Origin: Bryobacterales bacterium
GTDB lineage: Bacteria; Acidobacteriota; Terriglobia; Bryobacterales; UBA6623
NCBI GenBank assembly: GCA_965222095.1
Contig: CBDCTD010000003.1
Location: 977,027 to 1,041,026 of the forward strand
Direction: 5' to 3'
DNA length: 64,000 bases
Made by a program: the position numbers and the translations under genes. Shown piece after piece: positions 63,413-64,000 of this stretch. The notes beneath the pieces were generated by a model that worked only from the letters and a program-made list of their open reading frames with translations, did not search any database and had not been told where the DNA came from. Positions within the stretch are counted from its first letter, which is position 1, and each line of letters opens with the position of its first letter.

Positions 63413-64000
63413 CGGTCTTCTCTCCCTCCTGTGGTCGATCCGGGATTCTCATTGAAAAGATCACCGGAAGTGTCCCGCTGAGCCCCGGGTGCTGCCGGGT
63501 GCGGACTGCCGGAGGATGGTCCGCTTTCTGATGACTCCTCCGCAGGCCGAGTTTCTGGGGAGTCATCCGAGTCGGCGAGAAACTTTCCCTTGTCGAGCAA
63601 GAAACGTTGGAGCGAGCGGCTGTAGGCCGTCCAGTCACCGTCTTCCATGGGGGAGTCGGCGAGCGCGGCCCGCATGCTCTCGAGCTTGGAATCGAGGTCG
63701 TCGAGACAATTGAGCGCCAGGGCTTCCGGAAACGAAGGCAGCTTGGGAGATCCGAACTCGTATTTGCCGTGGTGGCTCAGGATCATATGCTCTAACAACA
63801 GTTTCAACTTCGGGGGGAAGTCCTCGATCGCACTGCACTTCCGGTCCAGCATGCGGACCGCGATCGTGATGTGGCCCAGCAGCCGTCCTTCGTCGGTGTA
63901 TTCGAACGTCCGCTGGGCGCCGAGTTCATGAATCTTCCCCAGATCATGAAGCACTATGCCGGCCGTCAGCAGGTCTTGATCGATAAGCTCGTAGTGGCCG
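63409..64000 (-). CDS. YhaM-like HD-domain 3'-5' exoribonuclease (5' end outside window)
   Basis: DLLTAGIVLHDLGK, YTDEGRLLGHI, HMILSHHG..EFGSP, DDLDSK. Confidence 0.88.
   Translation of the reverse strand, partial: GHYELIDQDLLTAGIVLHDLGKIHELGAQRTFEYTDEGRLLGHITIAVRMLDRKCSAIEDFPPKLKLLLEHMILSHHGKYEFGSPKLPSFPEALALNCLDDLDSKLESMRAALADSPMEDGDWTAYSRSLQRFLLDKGKFLADSDDSPETRPAEESSESGPSSGSPHPAAPGAQRDTSGDLFNENPGSTTGGREDR

Overview
GC-rich bacterial chromosomal window. The gene set (futalosine mqnAC, dnaK-dnaJ-hspR, lolA-pilC-pilB-pilMNO cluster, REP types) suggests an Acidobacteriota/Bryobacterales-like organism; this is an inference. Positions 1-54 kb are mostly core genes: trpBA, chorismate mutase, tyrA, a Crp-family regulator, gdhA, peptidase and transporters, mqnAC, HD-GYP, modBC, chaperones, sthA, gatB, yceD-rpmF-plsX, a complete Na+-NQR operon with apbE/nqrM, and a type IV pilus/T2SS-like cluster ending in a pseudopilin with very large low-complexity inserts. 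Two accessory scars stand out. (i) At 35.3-36.8 kb, a 5'-truncated DprA/SLOG gene abuts a REP-flanked remnant of a REP-associated tyrosine transposase. (ii) At 55.7-62.8 kb, a defence-like island holds two IS630 elements, a truncated phage-like gene, a stand-alone Cap12/Pycsar-type TIR protein, a membrane-protein gene split by IS630 at codon 10, an NDT-like protein and a RelE/XRE toxin-antitoxin pair. The island genes are joined by degenerate attC-like sites, two of them share a 23-bp upstream motif, and the TA pair is bracketed by ~53-bp direct repeats. No tRNA, rRNA or CRISPR array was seen. All family calls come from motif recognition, not database searches.
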